From the IMG/VR virus record IMGVR_UViG_3300030376_006832, positions 1 to 37,383 of that record: a stretch of 37,383 nt of DNA; one strand, given 5' to 3'. Below are positions 1-7,658 of the stretch, in pieces. Within the stretch, counting starts at the first letter, position 1. The number at the start of each line of letters is the position of its first letter. The notes beneath the pieces were generated by a model, which was not told where the DNA came from, ran no database searches, and saw only the letters and a program-made list of their open reading frames with translations. The position numbers and the translations under genes were made by a program. The stretch comes from a virus. Taxonomy: Duplodnaviria; Caudoviricetes.

Positions 1-1
1 T

Positions 2-907
2 AAAATTGGTAAATTTGCAGATGGTATTGCAGGAGCCATAGGATCTTTCTTAGGTGCACCTCTTGATTTATTAAAATCACTAATACTTGGTGGATTTAAA
101 ATGGTCGGAATCGGCGTTAAAATGAATGACAAAGGAGAACTCGTTGAAACTGAATTCATGGAAATGCTTCAAAAGTTTAAGATTCAAGATGCAATTGCTG
201 CCATACCAAACGCAATACGTCGTATATTTGAATTTATAGGAGATTTTATAGCTGATCCTGTAGGAGTAGGGCAAGCAGTTTTAAAAACTGTAGTAAACAG
301 TCTTAAGAATTTTTTCTTAAATGCTGTAAAATTTATTATAAGCAAGTTTCCATTGATGTCAGCTGTGGCACCTGACTTTTTGAAGACAGAAGGCCAGAAA
401 AAAATCAGTGATCTTCAAGAACAAAAAAGATTATTAACAGGTGAATTGACTGGTCGAATGGAGGGCATGCGGCTAGCGGGTGGCGAAAGCAAACGTATAA
501 TGCAACTTAGAGAAGCTGAAAAACAAAAAAAAGAAATCGAAAGAATCGAAGAGATGTTGAGAACTGGCAACTTCGAAAAAAGTATATTTGGTAGAGGTAT
601 CAATTCTGCAGAAGAAGCTCGAACTAGATTAGCTCAGTTGCAACAAGCCCAAGAAGTTACATTTAAAAACATAAGAAATTTTTCAGCTGCATCACAGCAA
701 ATAATTACTATGACAGATCAATTACGTAGAACTGAAAGAGACATTGCAGAACTTGCAGTTGCTTTAAAAAATAACCCTAATTTAGTGGTTGATAATAAAG
801 ACTTAAGTAGTACAACTAATAATAGTTATACTAATTCTCAAGCTATGATTGCTGCTGATAATTTAGGGTTCAACACACAAAATTTTGAATTTAGACCCGT
901 AAGATAA
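2..907 (+). CDS. C-terminal part of tape-measure/baseplate-hub-like virion protein (5' truncated by window)
   Basis: Frame is open from base 2 (KIGKFADGIAGAIGSFLGAPL...), upstream of the ORF-track start. Ala/Gly/Ile-rich helical segment, coiled coil, and N/S/T-rich tail (VVDNKDLSSTTNNSYTN) as in T4-like tail-length proteins. Confidence 0.55.
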   Translation, partial: KIGKFADGIAGAIGSFLGAPLDLLKSLILGGFKMVGIGVKMNDKGELVETEFMEMLQKFKIQDAIAAIPNAIRRIFEFIGDFIADPVGVGQAVLKTVVNSLKNFFLNAVKFIISKFPLMSAVAPDFLKTEGQKKISDLQEQKRLLTGELTGRMEGMRLAGGESKRIMQLREAEKQKKEIERIEEMLRTGNFEKSIFGRGINSAEEARTRLAQLQQAQEVTFKNIRNFSAASQQIITMTDQLRRTERDIAELAVALKNNPNLVVDNKDLSSTTNNSYTNSQAMIAADNLGFNTQNFEFRPVR

Positions 908-908
908 T

Positions 909-1175
909 GTGTAGGGAGGACTTGGGTTTCACCTCCAACTAGGTCGACAAAGATACCATTCTTCTCATACCCCTAGAACTTGTTCCCGCTCGGGAGAGCG
1001 ATGTGATCCTTACTCGCTAAAGCTTGAACCTGGCTACCACGCCTGAACAATCAAGTTACGCCTCTTGGTAAGACGCGTTTCCTTGCACTACACCATTTGG
1101 TCCGTCGACCAAAACTGAATTCGTAGTGAGGGACTGACCGTGGTCCCTCGCGCGTTTATTAAGTAACGACCCTTT
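909..1175. ncRNA. Putative structured non-coding RNA of unrecognised family
   Basis: No ORF. About 51% GC over 911-1150 (counted) in an AT-rich genome. At least seven hairpins plus long-range complementarities; lies between convergent genes. Confidence 0.65.
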
Positions 1176-1178
1176 CAT

Positions 1179-2090
1179 TTAGCCTTCTTGTGCTAACTTT
1201 GCAAAGTAAGACATTGTATCGTCTTCTTCTTTCTCTTCTTTAACAAGAGTATCAACACTTTCGACATTTGCTGCTGCCATAGGTGCAGCTGTTGGTTGAT
1301 TCATTTGTGCCTCTTGCCTCATAGACATTTCACCTAATGAATCTGTATTTTCACCAAGAACTCTTTGCAGTTTTGCTTTGAGTTCGTCATAAGTTTTGTA
1401 GCTTTTAGGATCTACAAACTCATCGAGTTGGTGCATCGTATCGTACACAGTTTCGAGCTTTGCTTCATCTGCATCATATAGAGATGATGCTTTATCAAAC
1501 TCTGATTTGTCGTAGTTTCTATAACCTTCGACGTTTCTTATTTTAAGTTTGAAGTTTGCACCTTCCCAAAAATCAAATGGATTTACTGGCTCTTCATCTG
1601 CAAATTGTGGTTGCATTACATCCATGATTTTATCAAAGATCTTTTTACCAAATTTAAAGAGAAACACTTTACCTTCTGCGTCTGGATTTGCAGAGTCTTG
1701 AAGAACTAAGATGTTAGTCACATAATGTAATCTTCTTTTCTGTGTTCGAGCTCGATCTTTATCAGACTCGATACCTGTATTCCATAGACGAGAGTTAAGT
1801 TCACCGACTGGGTCAGGTTGACCGATAGAAGTTAAAGAGTTTTCAATATACCATAATCCTGTTGGCCCTTTAAAGCCATGATCCCAATATCTAACCCATG
1901 GAAGTTCTTGACCTTCCATCGCTGGAAGAAACCTAACAACAGCGTAACCATTACCAGCTTTATCAACTGTTGGTTTCCATATTCGTTCATCTGCGTAGGA
2001 TTTTTTTTCGCCTCCACCAGATGTGGCTTCAGCTGCTTGAATTAGTTTTGATATTTGATCTTTATTACGTTTTAAATTTTGAAATGACAT
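1179..2090 (-). CDS. 32: T4 gp32-like single-stranded DNA-binding protein
   Basis: DERIWKPTVDKAGNGYAVVRFLP, HGFKGPTGLWYIENSLT, NPFDFWEGANFKLKIR, YRNYDKSEF, acidic tail ending SYFAKLA. Confidence 0.97.
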   Translation of the reverse strand: MSFQNLKRNKDQISKLIQAAEATSGGGEKKSYADERIWKPTVDKAGNGYAVVRFLPAMEGQELPWVRYWDHGFKGPTGLWYIENSLTSIGQPDPVGELNSRLWNTGIESDKDRARTQKRRLHYVTNILVLQDSANPDAEGKVFLFKFGKKIFDKIMDVMQPQFADEEPVNPFDFWEGANFKLKIRNVEGYRNYDKSEFDKASSLYDADEAKLETVYDTMHQLDEFVDPKSYKTYDELKAKLQRVLGENTDSLGEMSMRQEAQMNQPTAAPMAAANVESVDTLVKEEKEEDDTMSYFAKLAQEG

Positions 2091-2126
2091 TGTATATCCT
2101 TATATAACTGAAATATTAACTGTATT

Positions 2127-2155
2127 ATTATACACTGTATTGAAACAAATGTACA
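2127..2155 (-). promoter_or_regulatory. Sigma70-like early/middle promoter for gene 32
   Basis: Minus strand TGTACA (2150-2155), 17 nt, TATAAT (2127-2132), preceded by TG. Confidence 0.7.
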
Positions 2156-2157
2156 TC

Positions 2158-2165
2158 TATTTATA
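2158..2165 (-). promoter_or_regulatory. T4-type late promoter TATAAATA
   Basis: Exact TATAAATA on the minus strand upstream of gene 32; gp33 co-activator is adjacent. Confidence 0.75.
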
Positions 2166-2169
2166 CACA

Positions 2170-2412
2170 TTAATCGGCAAATGCGCTATCTAATGTGTTT
2201 AGTTTAGGTAAAAAGTTTAAGTTCATCGCTTCAGCTTCTACTTTGCTTTTGATGATCGGTGAAACAAACTTCTTAACATCTTCTGGATCAATACTATTCT
2301 TTTCGCAAAGATGTAGTATCGCATCCATATAATTTATACCAAGCTCACTTACTGTTCGCTCTATAAGCTTGGTAAATTTACTCTTAGTTAAAAATTGATC
2401 TTCTATTATCAT
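2170..2412 (-). CDS. 33: T4 gp33-like late transcription co-activator
   Basis: FTKLIE...INYMDAILHLCEKNSIDPEDVKKFVSPIIKSKVEAEAMNLNFLPK; adjacent to gene 32. Confidence 0.9.
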   Translation of the reverse strand: MIIEDQFLTKSKFTKLIERTVSELGINYMDAILHLCEKNSIDPEDVKKFVSPIIKSKVEAEAMNLNFLPKLNTLDSAFAD

Positions 2413-3557
2413 TTATTAACAGTCCTCAATAAAATTGTATTATCATTCATTCTACCATTTGGTGAAGTCACTTTAGTCTTTAAGACTTCTGTCCAAGCTT
2501 TGTCAACTTGATTTGGTGTCTTCGTCATAACAGTTTGAATAAACCCGAGTTGAGATGATCTGAGTGTGCATTCTCGACTTAATTCTTTATCAAAGTTTTT
2601 AATGGTACTACCACTGATGATAAAGCCTTTAGGATCTTGAGTAACATACTCAGCTAACCTCTTATATTTAGTATTGAAGACAAAGAGTCTTACACTACCA
2701 ATTACATTCAAAGGATTAGTTGAAACCAACTTAAACGTCGCATCTTCTTTTTGATATTTAAGTTTTGCTACCTGTTTGATAGCAGATTGTGGCTTTTTAA
2801 TCCTAACTTTTCGTAAAGACTTTGTAGCTGACTTGATTTTATCTAAGTCTTCTAACATTGCTTTACATTCTGCGACACGACGATTGAGTTCAGACTTTTT
2901 CAAATGTGAATAACCTTCAACAGCGTCAGCACATCGTTTAAGATAGGCATCCTCATAATCTAGTAGCCATCCCTCAATCATCGTTCTAACGGGAATAGTA
3001 GCAGATCCACCTAACCCGTGTAACTTGAATTGATTATATACATCGAGACTAGTCTCTTGTCCATCAATCCATTCATCTTCTAAAGTTAAAAGGTCTTGCA
3101 TAATCGTTTCATTAATCTTATTCTGCAATCTTTGCATAGGTGATAATGTAACAACATTGCCTTTTAATTTCTTTTCGAATTCTTTTTCTTTTATAATCCT
3201 AGCGCCATCAAGATTAATCTTACTTAAATAAGTTTTAAATCCTTTAAGGTACTGTTGAAATACTTCGCTATCGTATTTTTCGTCAGTCTTTACAAGTTCT
3301 GACCAATAAGCTGTTGCTCCATGGTGTGTGAACATGCTAAAAGAATATTCAGGATTTGCTAGTATGTTTTTAGCATCTACCTTTTTGAAGTTCTTCTTGA
3401 CGAAAGAACGTGTTAAATCACTAATATCTTTCTTATCGACATCTTCGTGAAAGTATCTTATTACATGTTCGAAACCTTTAGCGAAAGGTACTGCACCGAT
3501 TCCACTTTTTGAAACTCGAGCTGCTGTTCTTTTTAATTTTTTCTTCTTCATTGCCAT
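2409..3557 (-). CDS. Hypothetical T4-like phage protein (382 aa, basic)
   Basis: Long ORF with GAGGAG RBS and own early promoter; no recognisable catalytic motif. Confidence 0.8.
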   Translation of the reverse strand: MAMKKKKLKRTAARVSKSGIGAVPFAKGFEHVIRYFHEDVDKKDISDLTRSFVKKNFKKVDAKNILANPEYSFSMFTHHGATAYWSELVKTDEKYDSEVFQQYLKGFKTYLSKINLDGARIIKEKEFEKKLKGNVVTLSPMQRLQNKINETIMQDLLTLEDEWIDGQETSLDVYNQFKLHGLGGSATIPVRTMIEGWLLDYEDAYLKRCADAVEGYSHLKKSELNRRVAECKAMLEDLDKIKSATKSLRKVRIKKPQSAIKQVAKLKYQKEDATFKLVSTNPLNVIGSVRLFVFNTKYKRLAEYVTQDPKGFIISGSTIKNFDKELSRECTLRSSQLGFIQTVMTKTPNQVDKAWTEVLKTKVTSPNGRMNDNTILLRTVNK

Positions 3558-3590
3558 TATAAATTTCTCCTCATTTAAACAATATAGTAT

Positions 3591-3629
3591 ATTCTACCAC
3601 ATAAAAACTGTAATGTACATGCTTTTTTT
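3591..3629 (-). promoter_or_regulatory. Phage early promoter (repeat class A)
   Basis: AAAAAAAGCA-TGTACA (3614-3619), 17 nt, TAGAAT (3591-3596). Confidence 0.8.
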
Positions 3630-3632
3630 CAA

Positions 3633-3878
3633 TTATTTTCCTGTGGCTCCAGGTATTTTATCACTTAGATCAGGCATAATTGCTTCGACTTGAACCAAAG
3701 GTGTAGTAGTCGTATGATCAGTATAATCACCATCGCTTCTAAACTGTCTTGTGATCACTTCTTTGTGCAGCATTCCATCTTTGATTCGATAGTTAATAAG
3801 TTCTTGCTTGATAACACCATCGTTATTTTCTACTGCCGTTTTTAACGGGCCTTCTTTTAATACCATCATTTTTCCCAT
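3633..3878 (-). CDS. Hypothetical protein
   Basis: ORF overlapping the end of the upstream hydrolase gene. Confidence 0.65.
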   Translation of the reverse strand: MGKMMVLKEGPLKTAVENNDGVIKQELINYRIKDGMLHKEVITRQFRSDGDYTDHTTTTPLVQVEAIMPDLSDKIPGATGK

Positions 3879-4306
3879 CTGTAAAATATATGTGATTCTA
3901 TTCTTGTTGTTCTTGTTTTAGTTTTAGCCCATGATGGCCTAACATAAGTAGCATGATAGTGTGTTGATCCTTCTGTGAGATCATAAGCTATTCTTCCTGA
4001 ATATACTATTCTTGCGTAATCCATAGCTTTAAACCACTGCTTACTATCTTTATTAGGTATATCGGACTTACCATCACAGTACCAACTAAACTGACATCTA
4101 TGTCTAACTGGATGCTCTTTAGTTGGATCCTTCCATGAAGGTCTATGTTCTCCTTGATAAACGACTTCGCAAACTGTATTTGGAAATCTGCTATCCTGTA
4201 CTCTATTCATAACTACTTGGCCAACTGCTACTTGACCTACCATAGATTGATTCTTCGCCTCCCAATACATATTGAGTGCGAGACACATTACTGCTTCTGC
4301 AAACAT
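3866..4306 (-). CDS. Cell wall hydrolase, SleB/Hydrolase_2 family
   Basis: CLALNMYWEA, AVGQVVMNRV..SRFPNTVCEVVYQ, CQFSWYCDGKSD, THYHATYVRPSWA, HIFY. Confidence 0.92.
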   Translation of the reverse strand: MFAEAVMCLALNMYWEAKNQSMVGQVAVGQVVMNRVQDSRFPNTVCEVVYQGEHRPSWKDPTKEHPVRHRCQFSWYCDGKSDIPNKDSKQWFKAMDYARIVYSGRIAYDLTEGSTHYHATYVRPSWAKTKTRTTRIESHIFYRWEK

Positions 4307-4662
4307 TAGTTTCTCCTCATTGTTGCATAATCTTTTGGATTGCCATCTTTAGTAACTGGCACAAGATTTGATTTATGCATTGTTGCAATACCTTGAATAA
4401 AGGTTCCTGTATATTGCTGAGCTCTCTTACGAGACCCATTGTTTGGAACTGAATCTGAAGTTTTTGCTGTACTTCTTATATTTTCTTTATAGTCAGGAAT
4501 ATCGTGTATCCCTTTGTTTGATTCAACTCCAGTAATGCCCATCTTTTTTAAGAACTTTTCATGTTCTTGATGGGCCTTATCTTGCTTTCGCGAAAATTTA
4601 CGCTTACGCTTACGACTGTGTTTAGTAGTTGTAAAGTATACTGGTAAAAGATGCATAGTCAT
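4306..4662 (-). CDS. Hypothetical T4-like protein (YTG..I.GIATMHKSN motif)
   Basis: Basic N-terminus; C-terminal YTGTFIQGIATMHKSNLVPV. Confidence 0.75.
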   Translation of the reverse strand: MTMHLLPVYFTTTKHSRKRKRKFSRKQDKAHQEHEKFLKKMGITGVESNKGIHDIPDYKENIRSTAKTSDSVPNNGSRKRAQQYTGTFIQGIATMHKSNLVPVTKDGNPKDYATMRRN

Positions 4663-4665
4663 GGC

Positions 4666-4899
4666 TTAATCCCAATCATTATCCATAGCCATAGTATCAC
4701 GCATCGCATCGCCATAATGCTCGTTGGCATATTTAGATGCATCAGTGTAATGATATGGATTTGCGCCATTATCGTATTTATCTAAGTACAATGTTTCAGA
4801 TAAACGAACTTTAGAATTTCGTTGTATCTTCTTTGTAAGCTTCTTTGAAAGCTTTCGTACTAATGCGATTCTCTGTTTATTTGTCAATTCTTTAGCCAT
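4666..4899 (-). CDS. Hypothetical protein
   Basis: AGGAGG RBS; tight packing with neighbours. Confidence 0.7.
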   Translation of the reverse strand: MAKELTNKQRIALVRKLSKKLTKKIQRNSKVRLSETLYLDKYDNGANPYHYTDASKYANEHYGDAMRDTMAMDNDWD

Positions 4900-5071
4900 A
4901 ATATCCTCCTATTAAATAAGCTAACCATAATGTAAAAAGCGACAGTATTGTCACGTAAGTTTTTTGAAATAACAGCCATAGCCCAACCAAGATAAAGAGG
5001 AGAAAAATAAGGGGTTGGGCTGTGGCCTCAACGTATAGGAATGAAATGATGCTATTAAATGTGTCCATCAT
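4892..5071 (-). CDS. Small membrane protein, 59 aa (not in ORF track)
   Basis: MMDTFNSIISFLYVEATAQPLIFLLFILVGLWLLFQKTYVTILSLFTLWLAYLIGGYYG; AAGGA upstream; two hydrophobic segments. Confidence 0.65.
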   Translation of the reverse strand: MMDTFNSIISFLYVEATAQPLIFLLFILVGLWLLFQKTYVTILSLFTLWLAYLIGGYYG

Positions 5072-5087
5072 GATTTGTTTCCTTACG

Positions 5088-5264
5088 TTATCCTAAGATT
5101 CCTTCTTCAGCTTCTCTGTCTTGCAAGTGAATCATAAATTCAGCTGCTAAGTCATAAGTAGTTGAAGGAAATCTATCAACCATTTTTTGAGCTAAGGTTT
5201 TCTTTTGCTCATCTGACATCCCGATTAAGATGTCTATTACGTTTTTATAATCAAAAATATCCAT
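5088..5264 (-). CDS. Small acidic early protein, 58 aa (not in ORF track)
   Basis: MDIFDYKNVIDILIGMSDEQKKTLAQKMVDRFPSTTYDLAAEFMIHLQDREAEEGILG; GGAG RBS directly after an early promoter. Confidence 0.75.
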   Translation of the reverse strand: MDIFDYKNVIDILIGMSDEQKKTLAQKMVDRFPSTTYDLAAEFMIHLQDREAEEGILG

Positions 5265-5297
5265 GTTTTTCTCCGTTAATTTGTTTATCTTGATACC

Positions 5298-5340
5298 ATC
5301 CTACCTCAACGGGCTATAATTGTACATGCTTATTTTTATT
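5298..5340 (-). promoter_or_regulatory. Phage early promoter (repeat class A)
   Basis: A-tract, GCA-TGTACA (5321-5326), 17 nt, TAGGAT (5298-5303). Confidence 0.75.
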
Positions 5341-5451
5341 TTTTTCTTCTTTTTTATCTTTATGTGATAAATATGTCACAAGTATCCACGGAGATAAAAC
5401 GTATAAGACTCCTAAAATATACAAACTAATTAATATTCCTATCTGATCCAT
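5314..5451 (-). CDS. Small membrane protein, 45 aa (not in ORF track)
   Basis: MDQIGILISLYILGVLYVLSPWILVTYLSHKDKKEEKNKNKHVQL; TAATG coupling to the upstream ORF. Confidence 0.55.
   Translation of the reverse strand: MDQIGILISLYILGVLYVLSPWILVTYLSHKDKKEEKNKNKHVQL
5363..5380. promoter_or_regulatory. Palindromic operator TGTGAT-N6-GTCACA
   Basis: Recurs upstream of three class A promoters (also 7023-7040, 26189-26206). Confidence 0.6.
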
Positions 5452-5690
5452 TATATAACCTCTGTTAGCGAAGACGTTATGATCTCTACATCTTCAAATG
5501 GTACTACTAAAGTCCATTTGTTAGCAGTATCTTGAAGCTCATAGAGTTCTTTTGCAGTATCACGCTTCTTGAGTGTACCAACTCTTTCAAGTATCTTGTA
5601 ACCAACAACTGGTAAATCTGCTAAACTGTACATCCCACCTGGACGACCAAACTCATCTACTGGAAATTTATATTTGTATTTACATTTCAT
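5451..5690 (-). CDS. Hypothetical protein
   Basis: AAGGAG RBS; coupled overlaps. Confidence 0.7.
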   Translation of the reverse strand: MKCKYKYKFPVDEFGRPGGMYSLADLPVVGYKILERVGTLKKRDTAKELYELQDTANKWTLVVPFEDVEIITSSLTEVI

Positions 5691-5809
5691 CTTCTTGACT
5701 CCTTTTTTCCTTGTTGTCTCGACTTTTTATTTCCATTTCTTTTTAAGGATTTTTCCCAAGATCTGGAAGTTGAATGTGTTTTACCTCGGCCTTTGATACC
5801 TTTACTCAT
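5687..5809 (-). CDS. Small basic protein, 40 aa (not in ORF track)
   Basis: MSKGIKGRGKTHSTSRSWEKSLKRNGNKKSRQQGKKESRR; ATGA overlaps at both ends. Confidence 0.6.
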   Translation of the reverse strand: MSKGIKGRGKTHSTSRSWEKSLKRNGNKKSRQQGKKESRR

Positions 5810-6048
5810 AATACTCTCACAAAGCTATCAAAGGTTGTTTGTTCGACCTTTTTTAAGACAGCTTTCGAATGCTTGCAATAACCATGATACACGAAACCAT
5901 GACAGCTGCATTGAAAACCTTCGTTGGTTAATTCTACATCGTATTGTTTTCCAGTACTACCTTCGACTGGCCAAACAACACCGACATACATATGGTTTTT
6001 TGGATTAAACCTTGTAGGTCGTAGGTATTTGTTTCGAAACTTTCTCAT
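5806..6048 (-). CDS. SWIM zinc-finger protein
   Basis: GSTGKQYDV...FQCSCHGFVYHGYCKH (CxC-x8-CxH); start moved to the ATGA overlap at 6048. Confidence 0.8.
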   Translation of the reverse strand: MRKFRNKYLRPTRFNPKNHMYVGVVWPVEGSTGKQYDVELTNEGFQCSCHGFVYHGYCKHSKAVLKKVEQTTFDSFVRVL

Positions 6049-6224
6049 TTCTTTGGAAATACCCACTTAACTAGGCCCTGTGAACCATTAGGAAATCTTT
6101 TAAATATAACAAAGTAATGATTCATTTGCTTTGCATATTTTTTAGCTGACTTTTGTGCTTCTTTAAGGCATGTGAAGCTGCTTATTGTGCCAACCTTTTC
6201 ATTAAATACATCATAATATAACAT
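6045..6224 (-). CDS. Small hypothetical protein, 59 aa (not in ORF track)
   Basis: MLLYDVFNEKVGTISSFTCLKEAQKSAKKYAKQMNHYFVIFKRFPNGSQGLVKWVFPKK; GGAGG RBS; TAATG coupling. Confidence 0.7.
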   Translation of the reverse strand: MLYYDVFNEKVGTISSFTCLKEAQKSAKKYAKQMNHYFVIFKRFPNGSQGLVKWVFPKK

Positions 6225-6595
6225 TAATATAATCCTCCATCTAAATATTCTTTGGTCTTAACTTCCCAATCAACTTCGGGAAATTCTTTCTTCAATCTCC
6301 AATCAACTCTGTAATCTTTAGTGATTGGTTCGTACTGACAGTCAGTCACTGCGAATGAGATCTTTTCGCCAAGTTCTTCACTAACAGAATTTTCAACGGC
6401 CCATTCGATGAACATCTTGTTGAAAGTAACTAAGTGAAGATCCCAATCAGCTAAGGCATCTTGCCTAACTTTAGCTCGAGCAGCTAATCTGTTTCTCTTA
6501 TCTGAGATGTAAGTATGATCTTCTGCTAAATATGCAGCGATCTTAGGTGATAAAGTCTTTGAGAACTTCTTGTATTTTCTTTCTGAACAAATCAT
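6224..6595 (-). CDS. Hypothetical early protein
   Basis: AAGGAG RBS; coupled to neighbours. Confidence 0.75.
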   Translation of the reverse strand: MICSERKYKKFSKTLSPKIAAYLAEDHTYISDKRNRLAARAKVRQDALADWDLHLVTFNKMFIEWAVENSVSEELGEKISFAVTDCQYEPITKDYRVDWRLKKEFPEVDWEVKTKEYLDGGLY

Positions 6596-6906
6596 TATAT
6601 AACTCCTTCAATAATAGCTTTATTCATAAATCTTCTATGCTCTTCTTCAGCTTCTTCTCTTCGAAGAACGATGGTTGAAGCTTCGCCAAAAAGAATTCTA
6701 GCGTCTTGGTCTCTTTTGAAACCATTCTCACTAGCAAAATCCATTGAGCTAGTGAAGAAAACATTAGGTCTGTCTAGAAGATCCCAGTTTTCAATAACAA
6801 CTGAAAGAGCAAGAACATCTTTCGCCCAATCGACTCTGTTACCAGCGCCTTCGTATATAGCGATTCCGCCGTTATCTGCTTCTAAAAATATTGATTCGTT
6901 TGACAT
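6595..6906 (-). CDS. Hypothetical early protein
   Basis: GGAG RBS directly after a class A promoter. Confidence 0.75.
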   Translation of the reverse strand: MSNESIFLEADNGGIAIYEGAGNRVDWAKDVLALSVVIENWDLLDRPNVFFTSSMDFASENGFKRDQDARILFGEASTIVLRREEAEEEHRRFMNKAIIEGVI

Positions 6907-6937
6907 TTTTTCTCCGTTATTTTTTTATCTTGATACC

Positions 6938-6976
6938 AGTATACCTCAACCACACACGGATGTACATGCTTTTTTT
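6938..6976 (-). promoter_or_regulatory. Phage early promoter (repeat class A)
   Basis: AAAAAAAGCA-TGTACA (6961-6966), 17 nt, TATACT (6938-6943). Confidence 0.8.
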
Positions 6977-7022
6977 CATTTAAAAAGAAAAAAATGCGTT
7001 TTTATTAGATTTTAGCTGAAAG

Positions 7023-7040
7023 TGTTACAAAAATGTAACA
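7023..7040. promoter_or_regulatory. Palindromic operator TGTTAC-N6-GTAACA
   Basis: Perfect 6-bp arms; upstream of a class A promoter. Confidence 0.6.
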
Positions 7041-7041
7041 G

Positions 7042-7326
7042 TTAATGAAGACTATTATTTGATATATCGCTACCTTTTGGGATCTTAATATTGCTCTCTC
7101 TTATAAGAGGAATAGACTCGATAGCGCTATGCAATATAGATTCTATTGCATCGTCTTCTTCGAATGCGATTGTATATAACTCTACGCTGGCCTTTAATAA
7201 TACTGCAGCATGCATCAACAAAAGCTTTTGATTATTACCACCGTTTTCCTCAGCAGCTTTATTAATAGCATTTTGTAAATGAAAAGCAAAGTTTTTCATC
7301 AAATCCATGTCAGATTTTTTGTTCAT
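7042..7326 (-). CDS. Hypothetical protein
   Basis: ORF downstream of iscA on the same strand. Confidence 0.65.
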   Translation of the reverse strand: MNKKSDMDLMKNFAFHLQNAINKAAEENGGNNQKLLLMHAAVLLKASVELYTIAFEEDDAIESILHSAIESIPLIRESNIKIPKGSDISNNSLH

Positions 7327-7334
7327 TGTTACCC

Positions 7335-7625
7335 CTAAACAGCAAAGGATTCACCACAACCACATGATGCCTTTGCATTGGGATTTACTACCTTAAGATA
7401 GGATCCACCCAATTCTTGAACATAATCAATCGTGCATCCAAACACGAACATCTCTGCTATTGGATTGAGCCATAGGTTGCCTATGACAGCTTCTTGATCT
7501 GTAGTTCCCCACTCATATTGGAAACCAGAACATCCACCACCTTTGACAGTAAGCGAAACGTTTGGCTTTCCAACTAAAGCTAAATAGTCCTTGGCAGAAT
7601 CAGTTAATTTAATTGGTGCATTCAT
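7335..7625 (-). CDS. iscA: A-type Fe-S cluster carrier (IscA/HesB family)
   Basis: VKGGGCSGFQY and NPNAKASCGCGESF. Confidence 0.93.
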   Translation of the reverse strand: MNAPIKLTDSAKDYLALVGKPNVSLTVKGGGCSGFQYEWGTTDQEAVIGNLWLNPIAEMFVFGCTIDYVQELGGSYLKVVNPNAKASCGCGESFAV

Positions 7626-7630
7626 AGAAC

Positions 7631-7644
7631 TATTTATATAAATA
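7631..7644. promoter_or_regulatory. Late promoter(s): palindromic TATTTATATAAATA
   Basis: TATAAATA on minus (7631-7638), 5 nt before the iscA ATG, and on plus (7637-7644). Confidence 0.65.
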
Positions 7645-7658
7645 ATCTTTTAACTCTG

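Noticed and set aside
909-1175. tmRNA, RNase P RNA, group I/II intron or hammerhead
   Set aside because: No T-arm/CCA end, no GAGGAAAGUC P4 motif, no domain V, and no CUGAUGA core on either strand.
5363-5380. CRP/FNR site
   Set aside because: Spacing is TGTGA-N8-TCACA, not N6.
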